Below are positions 12,293 through 24,728 of a DNA stretch of 64,000 bases, piece after piece. The position numbers were made by a program, and so were the translations under genes. The notes under the pieces are model-generated. The model saw only the letters and a list, made by a program, of their open reading frames with translations. It did not search any database and was not told the origin of the DNA. The stretch is from Podarcis muralis (lineage: Eukaryota): positions 47,554,001 through 47,618,000 of the forward strand of contig NC_135664.1 in NCBI RefSeq assembly GCF_964188315.1. The letters are read 5' to 3'. How positions within the stretch are numbered: position 1 is the first letter of the stretch; each line of letters begins with the position of its first letter.

Positions 12293-14628
12293 CCTGCAAC
12301 TACCCTGTCCTCGCACTACAATACTGGTCCTTCTCCCTCCACCAATTTCTAATGTCTTGTGATGTGGATAATGAGCACTCTTCTCCTCTTCCCTGGAACT
12401 TTGGCATTTCCCCCCCATTATGAGGCCATAAGGCAACCACAAGGTATTGTCGGAGCCAACATGAAGAACAGAAGCTGGACATGTAGTAGGGGAAGAAAAG
12501 GAGGTGGACGTAACAGAACCAGATCTGTGCTCTTTAATTATAATGCATACTTTCATTTAGAAATGGGTGTTGGAATTCTCCCCTTAAATTTCCTGCTCCC
12601 CCCCGCCCCCCGGTCTTAGAAGGACTTCATACTGGGTTACACACAACTGTCTCCAGGAGTTCCTATAGCTACTGTTTGGCTAGTGTGTGTCTCCTTCAGG
12701 GTAGGGCTGGGGCCAGGCATATTCTCCCCACCCCCAAAGCCATGCCTGCCTCCCTCCAACCCTCATTGTGGAACTCCCTACAGGAGTTTTGGGCTTTTCC
12801 TGCCTCCATACTCTTCATTATGTGTGTCCTTTGTCTCCAACACCAAACTTATGTTGAAGAAATTTGCAAACCATTTGGGTCTCTCAGGAAACTCTAGATA
12901 CTCTTAGCAAAGGTATGGTGCTTGTGGATTCCCCTTTTGTAATAGTAATTGTGCCAAGAGTTAGGGGAGATGTAGACAAAATGGGACCATAATAATGGAA
13001 CTCCTTACAGGAGTTTTCCTGTCTCATGCTCTTTTTAAGTGTGGTCTGAAAATGAAGACTGAATAGTTTGGAAAAGTGGTAGCTAAATTGATGCTTATTT
13101 AAAAGCCTCAAGTATTTTTGTTAGGTGGTCCACATGTAGCCTGTGTTTATTTTTCTTATCTGTCTGTCCTGTAATTCAGGGAAATATTCACTGAGCAGGG
13201 AATAAAACTACAGGCTGTTTTGAGGATGAAATCATGAAACAAAAGGGAAGAGTAGCCAAGTTTCAGCAAGGTAGGAAGCTGGAAATGGAGCAAATGTTGA
13301 TTTCCAAGTGGAATTATGGGAAACAAGATCAAAGGGCTAGATTTCTGTTGCTCTTGTATAGCAGCTGTCAAGTTGTTGGGGTTGAGAATGTTTAAGCAAG
13401 TTTGCTGGGGATGAGGGAAGACTGTTTACAACAGGTAGGCTGAGCCACATTCTTCCATTATGATTGGCAGGTGACCCTCCTGAATTTAACTCTTCTCTCC
13501 TCACCAACTAAGTGAACGAGCTAAAGACCCTGGCAGGAGACTAAATTAGTTTTCCTTCTGATCTGATTCAGGTGTTTCACATCACTTCTTTGTGCTAGTT
13601 AGTAGGTGAAATGGAGAAAGTGGCCTTTCACTCGATTGACTTCTCCTTGAACCCCGTTTATTCTATTGTTGCATTTTTCATTATTAATGCTTTTTGCCAG
13701 CTTCATTTTCAGTAGTACTGGAACAGTGGAAGTAGAACCCACTTTTTTAGTTTCATTCTATAGGAAAATGTAATGGTTAAGGAGGGCTGAAACCGACCCC
13801 TTACATCCTTGGAATTTGACCTGTCCATTCTAAGCATGAGCAAGATACATGCTTTCTAAGCCAGCATTCCAAGCCCTTCACAGTTGAATGCAGTGTGAAT
13901 GGTATTCAACATCTTGTTTATTGACCTCTGGACACCTTGCAGGCAATATACTGGGAACTTGTGTTGGCTATTCTCTGCATGTATTACAGTCCTAGCCTAA
14001 TTACTTCTATTTTTACAAAAGCCCTCCCCTTTCTTCTGGACTACACATTCCAATAACCAAAGCCAGCTAGCAGAATTTGTACACACATGCACACACTTCA
14101 CAAGCAGAACATCAGGCTTGCAGTTCTGCTTCTGACTTGAAGCCATTCCCCCCCCCCCCAAAAAAAAAATATATCTCAAAGACGTTATTTTGTCTGCTGG
14201 CTAAATAATAGCACTTTGGAGAGACCCCGTTTGCATGGAAGCCAATGGACCAGTGCACAATATGCAAATATCTTTTAAAGCATACAGCTGTTTCTTTCCG
14301 TCTGTGTGTATTTATGTCATTGTTCTGTCCTTAGGGAAAAAGTGGTGTGATTCAGCAGCTCAGGAAAAGGGAACATGTGATCACCCACCCCTCTGGACCA
14401 GAGTTATGGCAGCAGAGGAAAGGAATCAGCCCATTCCCATTGCTTGGGAATGAAGAAGCCCTTAATTGTTTTCCTGCTTGTTTGGTTTTGTTATAGCCTT
14501 GTCTTGGGTTTGTTTACAGAGATGTATTTTGTTTAACCAAATATTAAAAATGAAAAAGCCTTCCTGTGTCCTGTCACTTCTGTGTGTTGAACTGAATTGT
14601 ATTGTAATAATGTATATAAAGGAAAAAA

Positions 14629-14634
14629 AATAAA
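14629..14634 (+). terminator. Probable JOSD1 polyadenylation signal
   Basis: AATAAA after an AU-rich stretch about 2.3 kb past the stop codon and just before the TOMM22 3' end; inferred, not demonstrated. Confidence 0.6.
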
Positions 14635-14856
14635 CACATGTTGGTATGAAGCTGTATAGCCTAAGAAGAACTTATTGCCCAGCTACTCTCCATTGGAGTT
14701 AAGAGAGGGTCCCTCCCTGCCATTACTACCAAACACAAACATGTAAAGATAAGGGTTGACACTCCATTGGTAAATTTTAGTATCCTGCTGTTAGCAAGCA
14801 TAATGTATGTAAAGCCTGAGATAATAAAGAAAATACTTCCATGTTTGCACTGAAAC

Positions 14857-14862
14857 TTTAAT
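14857..14862 (-). terminator. Probable TOMM22 polyadenylation signal (ATTAAA)
   Basis: Best minus-strand poly(A) hexamer I could find between the TOMM22 stop codon and the JOSD1 3' end. Confidence 0.4.
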
Positions 14863-15412
14863 ACAAAAGTGCTCTAGCTAACTTTGATACTAATAGATTC
14901 AGCACAGATAAGACTTGGCAAAAATGACTTTTCCTGCTTCCCTTATTTTTCAAATATGTAACATTGTAGAGCAAGGATCTTTCTTCAAGTAAGAGCTCAC
15001 TGCATAGAGTCAAGTGCATTCTAGGTTCTTCTATATGCTGCACATTCTGGCATATTTACTCCATTTCTTGCTGTTACTGCTCTGAAATACAGTTGGAGAA
15101 GAACGCAGGGCTATTTACACTGACAATTACAGGTTAAAGTTGACCAAATATGACATGTCCTGAGGTGGTTTCCTGGAGGTAAGGCTACCAAAACAGATGC
15201 TTCCAAAGTCTTCATTGTTACCTATAATGTTGCTTGAATGGATGGAAAAGTCATGACTGCCTAAAGATTGCAGGAGATCCAGATAGGGGTTCTGCCTTCA
15301 TTAAGAATAGTTAATATCCCAAGGTTATGAGAAAAAAACGCTGGCCTAATCAAACAGTTCAAACAAATGATTTCAATATTTCATTCCACGATATGGGTCC
15401 AGTGTAGCTTCA

Positions 15413-15487
15413 TTAAATCTTTCCAGGAAGAGACGGCAGAGCACCTGGCATTCCTCCAGACAATCCTGTGTTTGGTCCTAATAAAAT
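15413..15487 (-). CDS. TOMM22: TOMM22 terminal coding exon 4
   Basis: aacag|ATT...TAA, ILLGPNTGLSGGMPGALPSLPGKI*, matching the remembered human C-terminus; total CDS 417 nt = 138 aa. Confidence 0.97.
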   Translation of the reverse strand: MLLGPNTGLSGGMPGALPSLPGKI

Positions 15488-15718
15488 CTGTTAAGAAATG
15501 TGAAAAAGTTTACAAATGCTTGAAAACCAAGAGCAGCATTTTAACTACTTAGCAGCCTACTTGAGGAAGGATGAATAACCCTCCAGATCTTTTGTAAAAC
15601 TTTAAAAAAAGGGAACACAGCATTTCCTACCATTCTGGAATATTAGCAGTCTCTTCTTAAAACCATGCTGTTGCTGGTGTGGAATTCCAGTACTTAAATA
15701 CAAGGCTGCATTACAATA

Positions 15719-15900
15719 CAGTCATACCTCGTGTTGCGTTACGTTCATGTTGCGTCTTTTCAGCTTGCAAACACGGCTTGCCTTGCACATGCGCAGAAGT
15801 GCTCGTTCGCACCGTGCGGAAGAGGTGCTCTAGTTGCGGACTTTTTGGGGTGCAAACAGCACCCTGGAACGGATCGTGTCCGCAACCAGAGGTACCACTG
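15719..15900. mobile_element. Tc1/mariner-type MITE
   Basis: Degenerate TIRs (cagtcatacctcgtgttgcg versus reverse complement cagtggtacctctggttgcg) flanked by TA. Confidence 0.75.
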
Positions 15901-16791
15901 TAATAGATTTCTACTTTCATATGTGGAAAAAACTGCCCTGATAAAATTAAGTGAATGAAGTGTAAAGTACTTGAAAACACAGTATTAGCTATGTCTGTCA
16001 TGGTGCAATGGTGGTGGTCATTCAGGCAATATCCCCCCCCCCCCCGGGTCAGGTGACCAAAGAGGTTCTCTTATATCAAGGGTGATATGCAGCTTTAAAA
16101 AGTGTAACTTTTGCAGCTATAGTAAAGGAAGAAAACTAACCAGTCATAATTTCATGCCAATAATAAAAGTAGGGCATGTGTTATTTGTAAATAAAGGAAC
16201 ACATTGTTACTAATAAGGCCAGTCAAATGTCATCACTCAGAAGTTTTGCTGTGAGCGGACACAACCATCAGCCGATGTGCTTTTGAAGTCACACAATTGG
16301 CAATACCTCAGCCAAATCTGGTGTTTTGTACTCTTTCAGCTGGTTCAGTGCAATTATGGGAAGTACAAAAGCTAGAATTAACATAGAAAGGAAGAGACTA
16401 TGCAGAAATCTACCCCATCTTGCATCAGCAGCTGGGGTGACTGGAAAATGTTAGGGTGATGGGATGCCTGTAAAAGACACTGCGGGAAGTGATTCATCAG
16501 GAGGAAAAAAGTGAAAGAGGTCATGCAGTAAATGAGGGGGGCTATTATTTCATCATATAGCAAAGGTATATACTACATGAGCAAACATGCACAAAAAGAT
16601 GTAGATGAAAAAAAGAATCAAATACAGTGAAACTGATCCACTAGATGCTTTGAGACAGGTAATTCTGCAAAGATTCAGGAATTAAATTACTGCGTGGTGG
16701 AGGAAGATTCACAGATAAAAGGAGGAACATTCTGAAAAGGATGAGAATCACAGACTTAATAGGCCAAAAAATGCTGTAATTCAGTTCTCAC

Positions 16792-16909
16792 CTGTCGCTG
16801 TTGCATCTGCTGTTGCTGCTCCATTTGCAGTTTCTCAGTTTCAAAAACAACAGGAAGAACTAGGATCATGAAGGAAGTGGTCCCAATCCACAAAGCTGCC
16901 CTGGAGAAT
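16792..16909 (-). CDS. TOMM22: TOMM22 coding exon 3 (transmembrane segment and Q-rich region)
   Basis: 118 nt, FSRAALWIGTTSFMILVLPVVFETEKLQMEQQQQMQQRQ, donor CAG|gtgaga; the acceptor is atypically A-rich. Confidence 0.96.
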
Positions 16910-18713
16910 CTTTTTTGGGGGGTCGGCGGAGAGGAGAGAAGGTCATAAATAAAGCTAATGTTTCCAACTTCACTACAACGGAAATGACTTATCCTAAAGA
17001 TCTCACTGTTAGATTGCATTAGGCTATTATTCCAGTTTCAGTACAATCCTCTTCATATGTACTCCAAGTTAAGTTCCACTTAGGACTTACTCCCTGGTAA
17101 ACGGTTATAGGATTGCAGCCTTAAATCCCCTTCCTATGGCAACATTAGCGTGCATGAACCTTACAACATTTCTCATCACAATCATATTTTTGCTTCCAAA
17201 TATAAATACTCTCCCTATAAATATCCATCACAATCTGAAATACCTCCAGGTTTTTCCCCTTAAAACTACCAAGATTCCATTAAAAGACAAAGAATTAGCA
17301 AAGGAAGGAACTAAATGCATAAATAGTCTATAAAGTTTGGTTTTATACCATAATGAAGTTTCCTTAAAGATCATAGGCAACCTGAGTGATATCCAACATC
17401 ACACAAACAGCCTTCTACTCATGTGATGCAGCTTTCTGTCATCCACAGCACACTTTAGATCCCAAATCTGCTCTGAAAAGCTCCCCAACCCTCCAGAACA
17501 AACTTGAGCATGCAGAGACTACAATGGGAAGGGGAAATCCTCTTCTACTCACAGAAATTTGTTCATGAGTGGACATAACTGGATATTGCTTCAAAAGAAA
17601 AACCTTTCCTCCTCAACTCACTAAGAATGTTTTTTTTTGGGGGGGGGGGAGTTACGGTAAATACATGGATTGATCTTTGTGGGAACATTAGGATACTGTG
17701 TCATGAAAGCTTAGAAATTAAACAAGAGACCAAAGCTATGCTTTCCAACCCTCACAAAATTTGAAACACCCGGAAGAGCAACATTTTAATTTTAATCATT
17801 AGCAGCCAACAGCGGTTCGTTATATATACCTATCTCAGGATAATACTTCATACATCTGACAAAATGAACTTTACTCCATGAAAGTTTTGGCTATAAAAAG
17901 CTTGTTATTTTTAAAAACATCATAGGATTCTTTGTTTTTGATGCAAAAGACTTACAAGGATATTCCTCTGGAAATTATTTTACTGGAGGTCTTAAAAGAA
18001 TATAATTATATTTCAAGCAAATTACTGATTCACAATCTTTTATTAGCAGCAATAATTTTGGTTTCTTCTGAACGGAAACTTCTTAGCATGTATTCTGTTT
18101 CAGAATGATTAAGAAAATATGATCATGACTACATTTAAAAAAGAACAAAATGAGAATATAAATTCTATTTAACAGGGTTATTTTGTGTCCACAACCTGAG
18201 AAATTTATATTTATATTTGATGACAAATTGTTTGGTGTAGTACAGCCTTGCATTTATTATTCATGTCTATATGGAGTATGTGTGTGTAATAAAAGAGTTT
18301 AAAGAGCGAACAAAAGGAAAATTACAATTTCAGGGAATAAAGGGCCCAAGCCCTTTACAAGGTCTCTGTTTAGCTGAACTACTATAACTGACTTATGAGT
18401 GCTATATTTCTGAGCATACTCAAAATAGTTCTCTAGAACTTCACTCTCACAAGTAAATATAGAACCCCTTTTCTCCCCAACTACAGATGTCACAATTATC
18501 TCAATTATTTATGATCAATTTCATGTCAATGGCTCCTTGCAGGCAAAGGGTTTTTTATATTTAATTTGCATTTATTTATCAGCCTTTTCTTCATTAAAGC
18601 TTGAATATGCATGGTACATTCTCAACTGCTTGACGATCATTATCCAAACAGCTTACAACAGGTCATTTCTATCCTCACACTAAAAATACACACATCTAGA
18701 GTTCTGAATTAAA

Positions 18714-19076
18714 GGGACGCGGGTGGCGCTGTGGGTAAAAGCCTCAGCGCCTAGGGCTTGCCGATCAAAAGGTCGGCGGTTCGAATCCCCGCGGCGGGGT
18801 GCGCTCCCGTTGCTCGGTCCCAGCGCCTGCCAACCTAGCAGTTCGAAAGCACCCCCAGGTGCAAGTAGATAAATAGGGACCGCTTACTGGCGGGAAGGTA
18901 AACGGCGTTCCGTGTGCAGCTCTGGCTCGCCAGATGCAGCTTTGTCACGCTGGCCACGTGACCCGGAAGTGTCTGCGGACAGCGCTGGCCCCCGGCCTCT
19001 TAAGTGAGATGGGCGCACAACCCTAGAGTCTGTCAAGACTGGCCCATACGGGCAGGGGTACCTTTACCTTTACCTT
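18714..19076 (+). mobile_element. Sauria SINE, full length, young subfamily
   Basis: GGGACGCGGGTGGCGCTG head, B-box, (ACCTTT)n tail, 16-bp TSD tagagttctgaattaa. Confidence 0.93.
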
Positions 19077-19335
19077 TAGAGTTCTGAATTAAGAAGTCTA
19101 AGCGTTCTCAACAGCTGTCTGTCAAACTTAAGAAACGCAAAACACCACCAACTCCCTAACAATTCTCCATCCCCTTGGTGGCTGAAGGATCCAGCCAATT
19201 CACTGAGAAAGGCTACCTTAACCACCCACAAACCACAAGTCTTGTGAGGCATAGTTAAGTGACCACCTGTGCATGATATCTGAGGACCAGGGACCAAGGG
19301 TCTTGGGTCCTCACCTCCCATTTCCCCCTCCTCAC

Positions 19336-19454
19336 CTGTACATTTTCTGGGCTACAGAAAGAGACACGCCGAAGGTAGCTCCAGCTGCCGATCGGACGCT
19401 TTCCGGGAACATCTCTGTCAAGCCCCAGAGCCTCTCTGCCAGCGTCTCGTCCAG
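19336..19454 (-). CDS. TOMM22: TOMM22 coding exon 2
   Basis: tgcag|CTG...CAG|gtgagg, 119 nt, LDETLAERLWGLTEMFPESVRSAAGATFGVSLSVAQKMY. Confidence 0.97.
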
Positions 19455-19479
19455 CTGCAAACGGGGGAAAGGAGAGATG

Positions 19480-20340
19480 AGGGTGGGAGCCCCCCAAAAC
19501 AAGACCCGCCCCCCAAACCCGCCCCCCGTTAACACTGAAAGAGCCCTGCTGAATGGGAACAAAGGCCGATCTTAGTCCGGAGCTTCGTTCTCAGCAGCAG
19601 CCAGCCAGATGCCAATTATTATTGTTGTTATGATGATGATGATGATGATGACCCGGGGAGCCCTCCTGCAAGGAGAAACCTCAGCAGGCACCAATCCACG
19701 CTCCCAGCCGCCCCGCCCCTCCGTCGAGCCCCCTCCCCCTCCCGGCTTGTGCAAGGCCCCCTGCAGAAAACACACAGAGGAGACGCTTCCCGGGCTGCTC
19801 CTCCTCCTCCCGCGTCCCCTGGCCGGGGCTTCAGCTCACTCGAGCTCCCCGCCTGGGCCCAAGGCAGGGCCGACTCCAGAGCGGGGTCACCTCGCACATG
19901 GCCGCCCGGCCAAGCTCCGCGCTTTCGCGGCAGCAGGGGCTGGCTTTACCTCGTCGTCGTCGTCCTCCACCTCCTCTTCCAGCTCTTCGGCCTTGCCCGC
20001 CGTGGACTTGGGCAGCAGCAGGTCCTCCGGGGAAAGGGGCATCGCGGCGGCCATGACTGCAACGAGGAGAGGGCAGGCAACGACGAGGCAGGCGGCCGCC
20101 AGCGCAGAGAGCGAGCGTCGCCGGAAGCGGAAGGAGAGAGCGGAAGCGCACGGGCTGTGCTCTGTCGCTGCGCAGCGACACCCAGCGGACGGGAGGAAGG
20201 GTTGAAAAGGCAACGCGGGGCTCTCTCGTTATCGTCGTGCAAAGGCAGCCCCGAGCTGCAGACACGGCAGATCTTTCTTCTCTGAGCTGAATTGGATTTA
20301 TTTGTGGGATGTTGCAGCGTATTCTCGCCTTACGACCGGA
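19480..20340 (-). promoter_or_regulatory. TOMM22 CpG island / promoter with tandem ETS (GABP-like) sites
   Basis: CpG-rich; three CGGAAG cores within 20121-20147, about 70-90 nt upstream of the ATG. Confidence 0.7.
19950..20054 (-). CDS. TOMM22: Mitochondrial import receptor subunit TOM22, coding exon 1
   Basis: MAAAMPLSPEDLLLPKSTAGKAEELEEEVEDDDDE, acidic N-terminus, donor GAG|gtaaag. Confidence 0.94.
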
Positions 20341-21089
20341 GTGGTTCTGCTTATGGTGTTGGTCAGCCAGCCCACTCCCCACAACAGTAAATATTAAGGC
20401 AGGGACATTGTAAGATGTGGTGGCCCCCTCCAGATGTTGATGCACTACAAATCCCATCATCCCTGACTATGGGCCTGTGTTGGCTGGGGCTGAGTCCAGC
20501 AACAACTGGAGTCCACCACAATGGTGCGACAGGATGTGAAGAGATCCGGCAATGTTCCCTGATACCAAGATGAGGGATTCCTTTGGAATGCAGATAGAGT
20601 TAATTGATAAGAATAATGATCTGTTGTGAGCTTGACGGAAGTGTACAATAGATGAGCTTTCCTGCTTTGGCTCATCTTCCTTTTTCTTTTTTTTCCTATT
20701 TTTCTTTTCTTTTATCTTTCCCATAGTTGCTTATGTTCTGTGTCATGTACTTTGATATTTTTTGTAGTTTTTGTAGTTTCCCCCCCATTACTATTAAGGA
20801 ATTTTCCTTTGTAATTTTGGTTGTCTATATTTATATGTACCTGTTTAAAGCAAAATAAAAGTTATTTTAAAAAAAAAGAAAAGAAAAAAAGAAGAGATCC
20901 GGGAGGGGATTACCCTCTTTCCGACAGTCTGACTCCATCTCTCTTTCATTTTTCCAATGACATACAGGATCCTGTGGCTACTAAGCCCAGTCTTCTTGGG
21001 CAGATGTGTTTGTTTTTCTGACCTCTGAGGCTCTGGTGCTTTTTAAGTTGAAGATCTCCCGTACGCCCACCAGCAAAGCAGGCCCTTTT

Positions 21090-21092
<3 letters not shown>

Positions 21093-21122
<30 letters not shown>
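21093..21122. repeat. (CA)15 microsatellite
   Basis: Read directly from the sequence. Confidence 0.95.
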
Positions 21123-21124
<2 letters not shown>

Positions 21125-21449
21125 ACACAAAATTCCAGAAGGCAAACGAAGATTAATTCTAGAGAGAGTATATTCTGAAGAATGGGGCTTTTGCACTTCC
21201 GAAGGGGTAAATAATATGGTAGGTAAATGTGTGTGCGCATGTAAATATAGCATCCATGTTTTCAGGGAGCTTTTTAAAAATTATTATTTTTATATAGGAT
21301 TAATACTTTTCTGAGGAGTTAATCTTGAGGAGAGCCAGATTTCTCTTGAACTTGGACGATGTCCCTTAAAACAACACCCAGAGTAGAGTAATGGGCTATG
21401 TAATAAAATACACAAGTCAACACTGCAGCAATAGAAACACTGTAATGAC

Positions 21450-21455
21450 TTTATT
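21450..21455 (-). terminator. Probable CBY1 polyadenylation signal
   Basis: AATAAA on the minus strand followed by a GT-rich downstream element, about 1.2 kb after the stop codon. Confidence 0.55.
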
Positions 21456-22630
21456 TTTAAAGTATAAAAATAGATTTATACAACAATTCAACTCAACATT
21501 TAACTTACAGTGGCCTGAATGGAACTGGTGGCTGTACAAAGAATTGCCTGAAGATTTGTTTTTTACCAAGATAAGAAGGCAGAATGCACACAGAATTAAT
21601 GGAGTGTTATAGAACTCTGATACATCATGAAGGAGTGGGATAAAAATGGAAGAGAACCAGTTCTTCAGTGTGGAGTTTTGTCATACTAATAAGGCAATAC
21701 AGCACATCACTGGGATGGCGTGGAAAAGGAAGAGATGAAAGAACATATAGGACAGAGGTGTCATACTTCCTGGTACACCACTGTACTGTGGCTGTGAACT
21801 CAAGCTGCTCTGCAAAGGAAAAATAGGTCACCTCAAAACACGGTGACATCAGGTGATGGACATGTGGGTGAACTAAGGATCTGGCCCACTACACTGAAAA
21901 GGTTGCCCCCCCCCCCCGTGATGTGTCAGTTAGCTTTAGAGTATAGGCCACTGCTATTCAGAATGACTGTGAGCCGACTGAAACATGTAACTTCCCAAAT
22001 TGTTCACTGTCATCTCCGATTATCAAAGGTTTCCCTCACTAACACATATTGCAGGCCTATAAGGGTATAAGGGCCCAGGATGCTGCCTATCCCCAGTGGT
22101 GTCTCTGTATCAGCTCACTGGCTCAGGTTCAGGACCTTACTTTTCCAGAGAATTCTGCGTCCCAAAGATACGAAACAGCCAATTGAAAAGCATTTCTGAA
22201 ACATGTTAAGAGAGAGACAGCAAGAGTATGTAGCTATATGTTGCAAGCAGTTTCTCCCATTTCTTTTTGCTCTCCCCACACCCCATGATCTTGATTGTCT
22301 TCTTGGGTGGGTGGGAAGAGATGCTTATTAACTACAAACCACTACTTGCTACTGATTAGATTAAATGCGTATTGCGGAAATATGTTAAGAGCACTTGGAT
22401 AGAAGCTCCATTAGGGAAGAAGAAAAGTAGGATAGCTGCTTTCTGATAGCACTGTAGAACTTAATAGTATTTCACATTTGGAGTCCTGGCTAGATATCCA
22501 GCAACGTGAGGTCACAACAACAAATGTCTTCCAAGGCAGGTGTGGCTTCCTAAGTTCCTTGCAGTGGATGGTTTTAACCGTATCCTCTTGCTCTTCCCTC
22601 TTCCAGCTCCTAGAGGCCCTCACATCCAGT

Positions 22631-22711
22631 TCACTTCCTCTTTCGGCTATAATTTTTCAGTTCCTCCATCTCTTTCTGCATGAGGTGAGACTCTGCAGTC
22701 GTCTCAGAGAG
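22631..22711 (-). CDS. CBY1: CBY1 terminal coding exon
   Basis: ttcatag|CTC...TGA, LSETTAESHLMQKEMEELKNYSRKRK*; total CDS 381 nt = 126 aa. Confidence 0.95.
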   Translation of the reverse strand, partial: LSETTAESHLMQKEMEELKNYSRKRK

Positions 22712-23343
22712 CTATGAATAAAAGGACGAAATGGCAAAAATGGCATTTGTTTTCCCATGTTGTTTTAGTGTTGGTAACCCTTAAAAACAGGTACGTTTGT
22801 TTGTTTCTCTCTAAAGCAGTGGATTTCAAACTACAAATCCAGAGGGAATTCCTTCGACATCATATCATCTTCCATTAACTGCTGCCTATTGCAGATGATT
22901 CTGGGACTTGTTATGAGGCACATTCACAATGAATGGCCAGCACTAGTCCTCTGGAATGCATTTCATATTCCTTATGAACCTGGGCTTTGTGGGGGAAATC
23001 AATAGAATAATATTGGAAGAGCTCTTTTCTGGGCAGCCATGCTGCCACTGCCTCTCTTCTCATAAAAGGCACCCAGGGTTCTCAACATAGCTGTCAATGT
23101 TTCCCTTTTTTAAAAAGAAATTCCCTTATTCCGAATAGGATTCCTCACAAGAAAAGGGAAAAGTTGACAGCTATGGTTCTCAATAAGATCATGAAGTGTT
23201 CTGGCGCCTGGTTTGAATCCCACGAGACATGGACCCACTGTGTCACCATTGTCATTCCCCTGATTTTGTATCAAGCAGAAAAATTAATGTAGATATCAAA
23301 GACATATTGATGCACAGAGGTGAGTGAATCACCTCATTCTCAC

Positions 23344-23459
23344 CATATCCAACAAAATGTCAATTTTCAGCTGTAGGAGATTGTTCTCTTCCTCCAGCTG
23401 CTGGATCCGTTTCCGAAGGCGGTTTGCCTCCCTGCGGTCCCCCGTGTCCCCAAATGATT
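23344..23459 (-). CDS. CBY1: CBY1 coding exon 3 (coiled coil)
   Basis: 116 nt, SFGDTGDRREANRLRKRIQQLEEENNLLQLKIDILLDM, canonical ag/gt. Confidence 0.96.
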
Positions 23460-23976
23460 CTAGGAGAGAGAAAGTGGTCAGTACTAGAATCACCTTGCAC
23501 TCACAGAAAAGTGTCAAAAGCTACGCAACTATGGCCCTCTAGCAGCTCTGAGAAGCAACTGCATTAGCTAGATGGAATCCAACACGGTCAATGTGCTGAC
23601 ATCTTGGTGCACCTTTAAGATACCCTATTAAATGTCTGCCCCAAGAAGAGTGTCAGTAACCTTGTGACATGAATGACCATTGGTGAACCATGCACACCCA
23701 CCCACTCAAGCTGGCATCTGCACCTAGTCAGACCCAGACTACAACAAAAATACCACTCCTGACACAAGGCCGAAAACCAGAACCAGCATCAACACTACAG
23801 TACTATTTGCCAGAATACATCAAATAAGGAGGTGTGGAGGACAATGGGAGTACAGACTCAGTATGGCTGGGGGTTATTGCAAGAGTTGTATCTACTGAGG
23901 AACAGGATGAGGCCATTGAGAACCTGATAAGGATTCCTTTTGGATTATGGCCAACGGGATTAGTGTTCTCTCTCAC

Positions 23977-24082
23977 CTGCTATCCACTGGCCATTCTCAA
24001 ACCTCATACTCTGTCCAGTAAGGGTCATGACAGGAGTGCCATACTCCAGGCCTAGCTCAATCTCCCGGCTTGATCTATCCAG
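23977..24082 (-). CDS. CBY1: CBY1 coding exon 2
   Basis: 106 nt, LDRSSREIELGLEYGTPVMTLTGQSMRFENGQWIA, canonical ag/gt. Confidence 0.96.
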
Positions 24083-24728
24083 CTGTAGGAGGAAAATGGA
24101 CACAACGTTTTGTTTTCATTCTCCTCAACTCAACTATACAAATATTCATTGCTCTGTCCACTTTGACTCTGATCTTGCCAATAACTGGCATGTGGCCCTC
24201 AAAAGGTTCCCCACAGGGGCCCTTGGGTTGAATAATATTCCCCATCCCTGGTTTTGTCAATCCAAGATTTTACCTTCTAAAACAGTGGTACGGGGGACAG
24301 ACACACAGTGTAACAAAGATGCATGGTTTATTTGTTTTTAAAAGACAATTGGAAGCCTTTAAAATTAATCAACACAAACACTGCAATAATTATGATTCAG
24401 ACCTTCCACTCAGAAAAAATCAGAGCAAGAATCTGAAACATAACCCTTTTTCCTTCTAGGAGTGGATGAGCTATTCTAAGTGTTGGTACTCCTCGCTTGT
24501 AAATTAGAGGTATTAATAAGTTGCCTGTGTAGTTGTGTAGTTGTTCCTGTTGTGCAGCTGCTTAAGAGTTTGGGGTCAGAATTGATGGGGCTGTATCCAA
24601 TGCTAGTCCTGCTCAAAACAGACCTTTTGAGGTGAATGGCAATGACTAACGTAATTTCAAATCTACACTGAGCACAATTGTATAAAACCCATGGTCTGTA
24701 TTATTTATGGATTTCTATGGGCAGCACA

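Noticed and set aside
19609-20460. ORFs of 178-209 aa around TOMM22 exon 1
   Set aside because: Same CpG-island effect plus an (ATG)7 repeat that supplies start codons; no recognisable domains.
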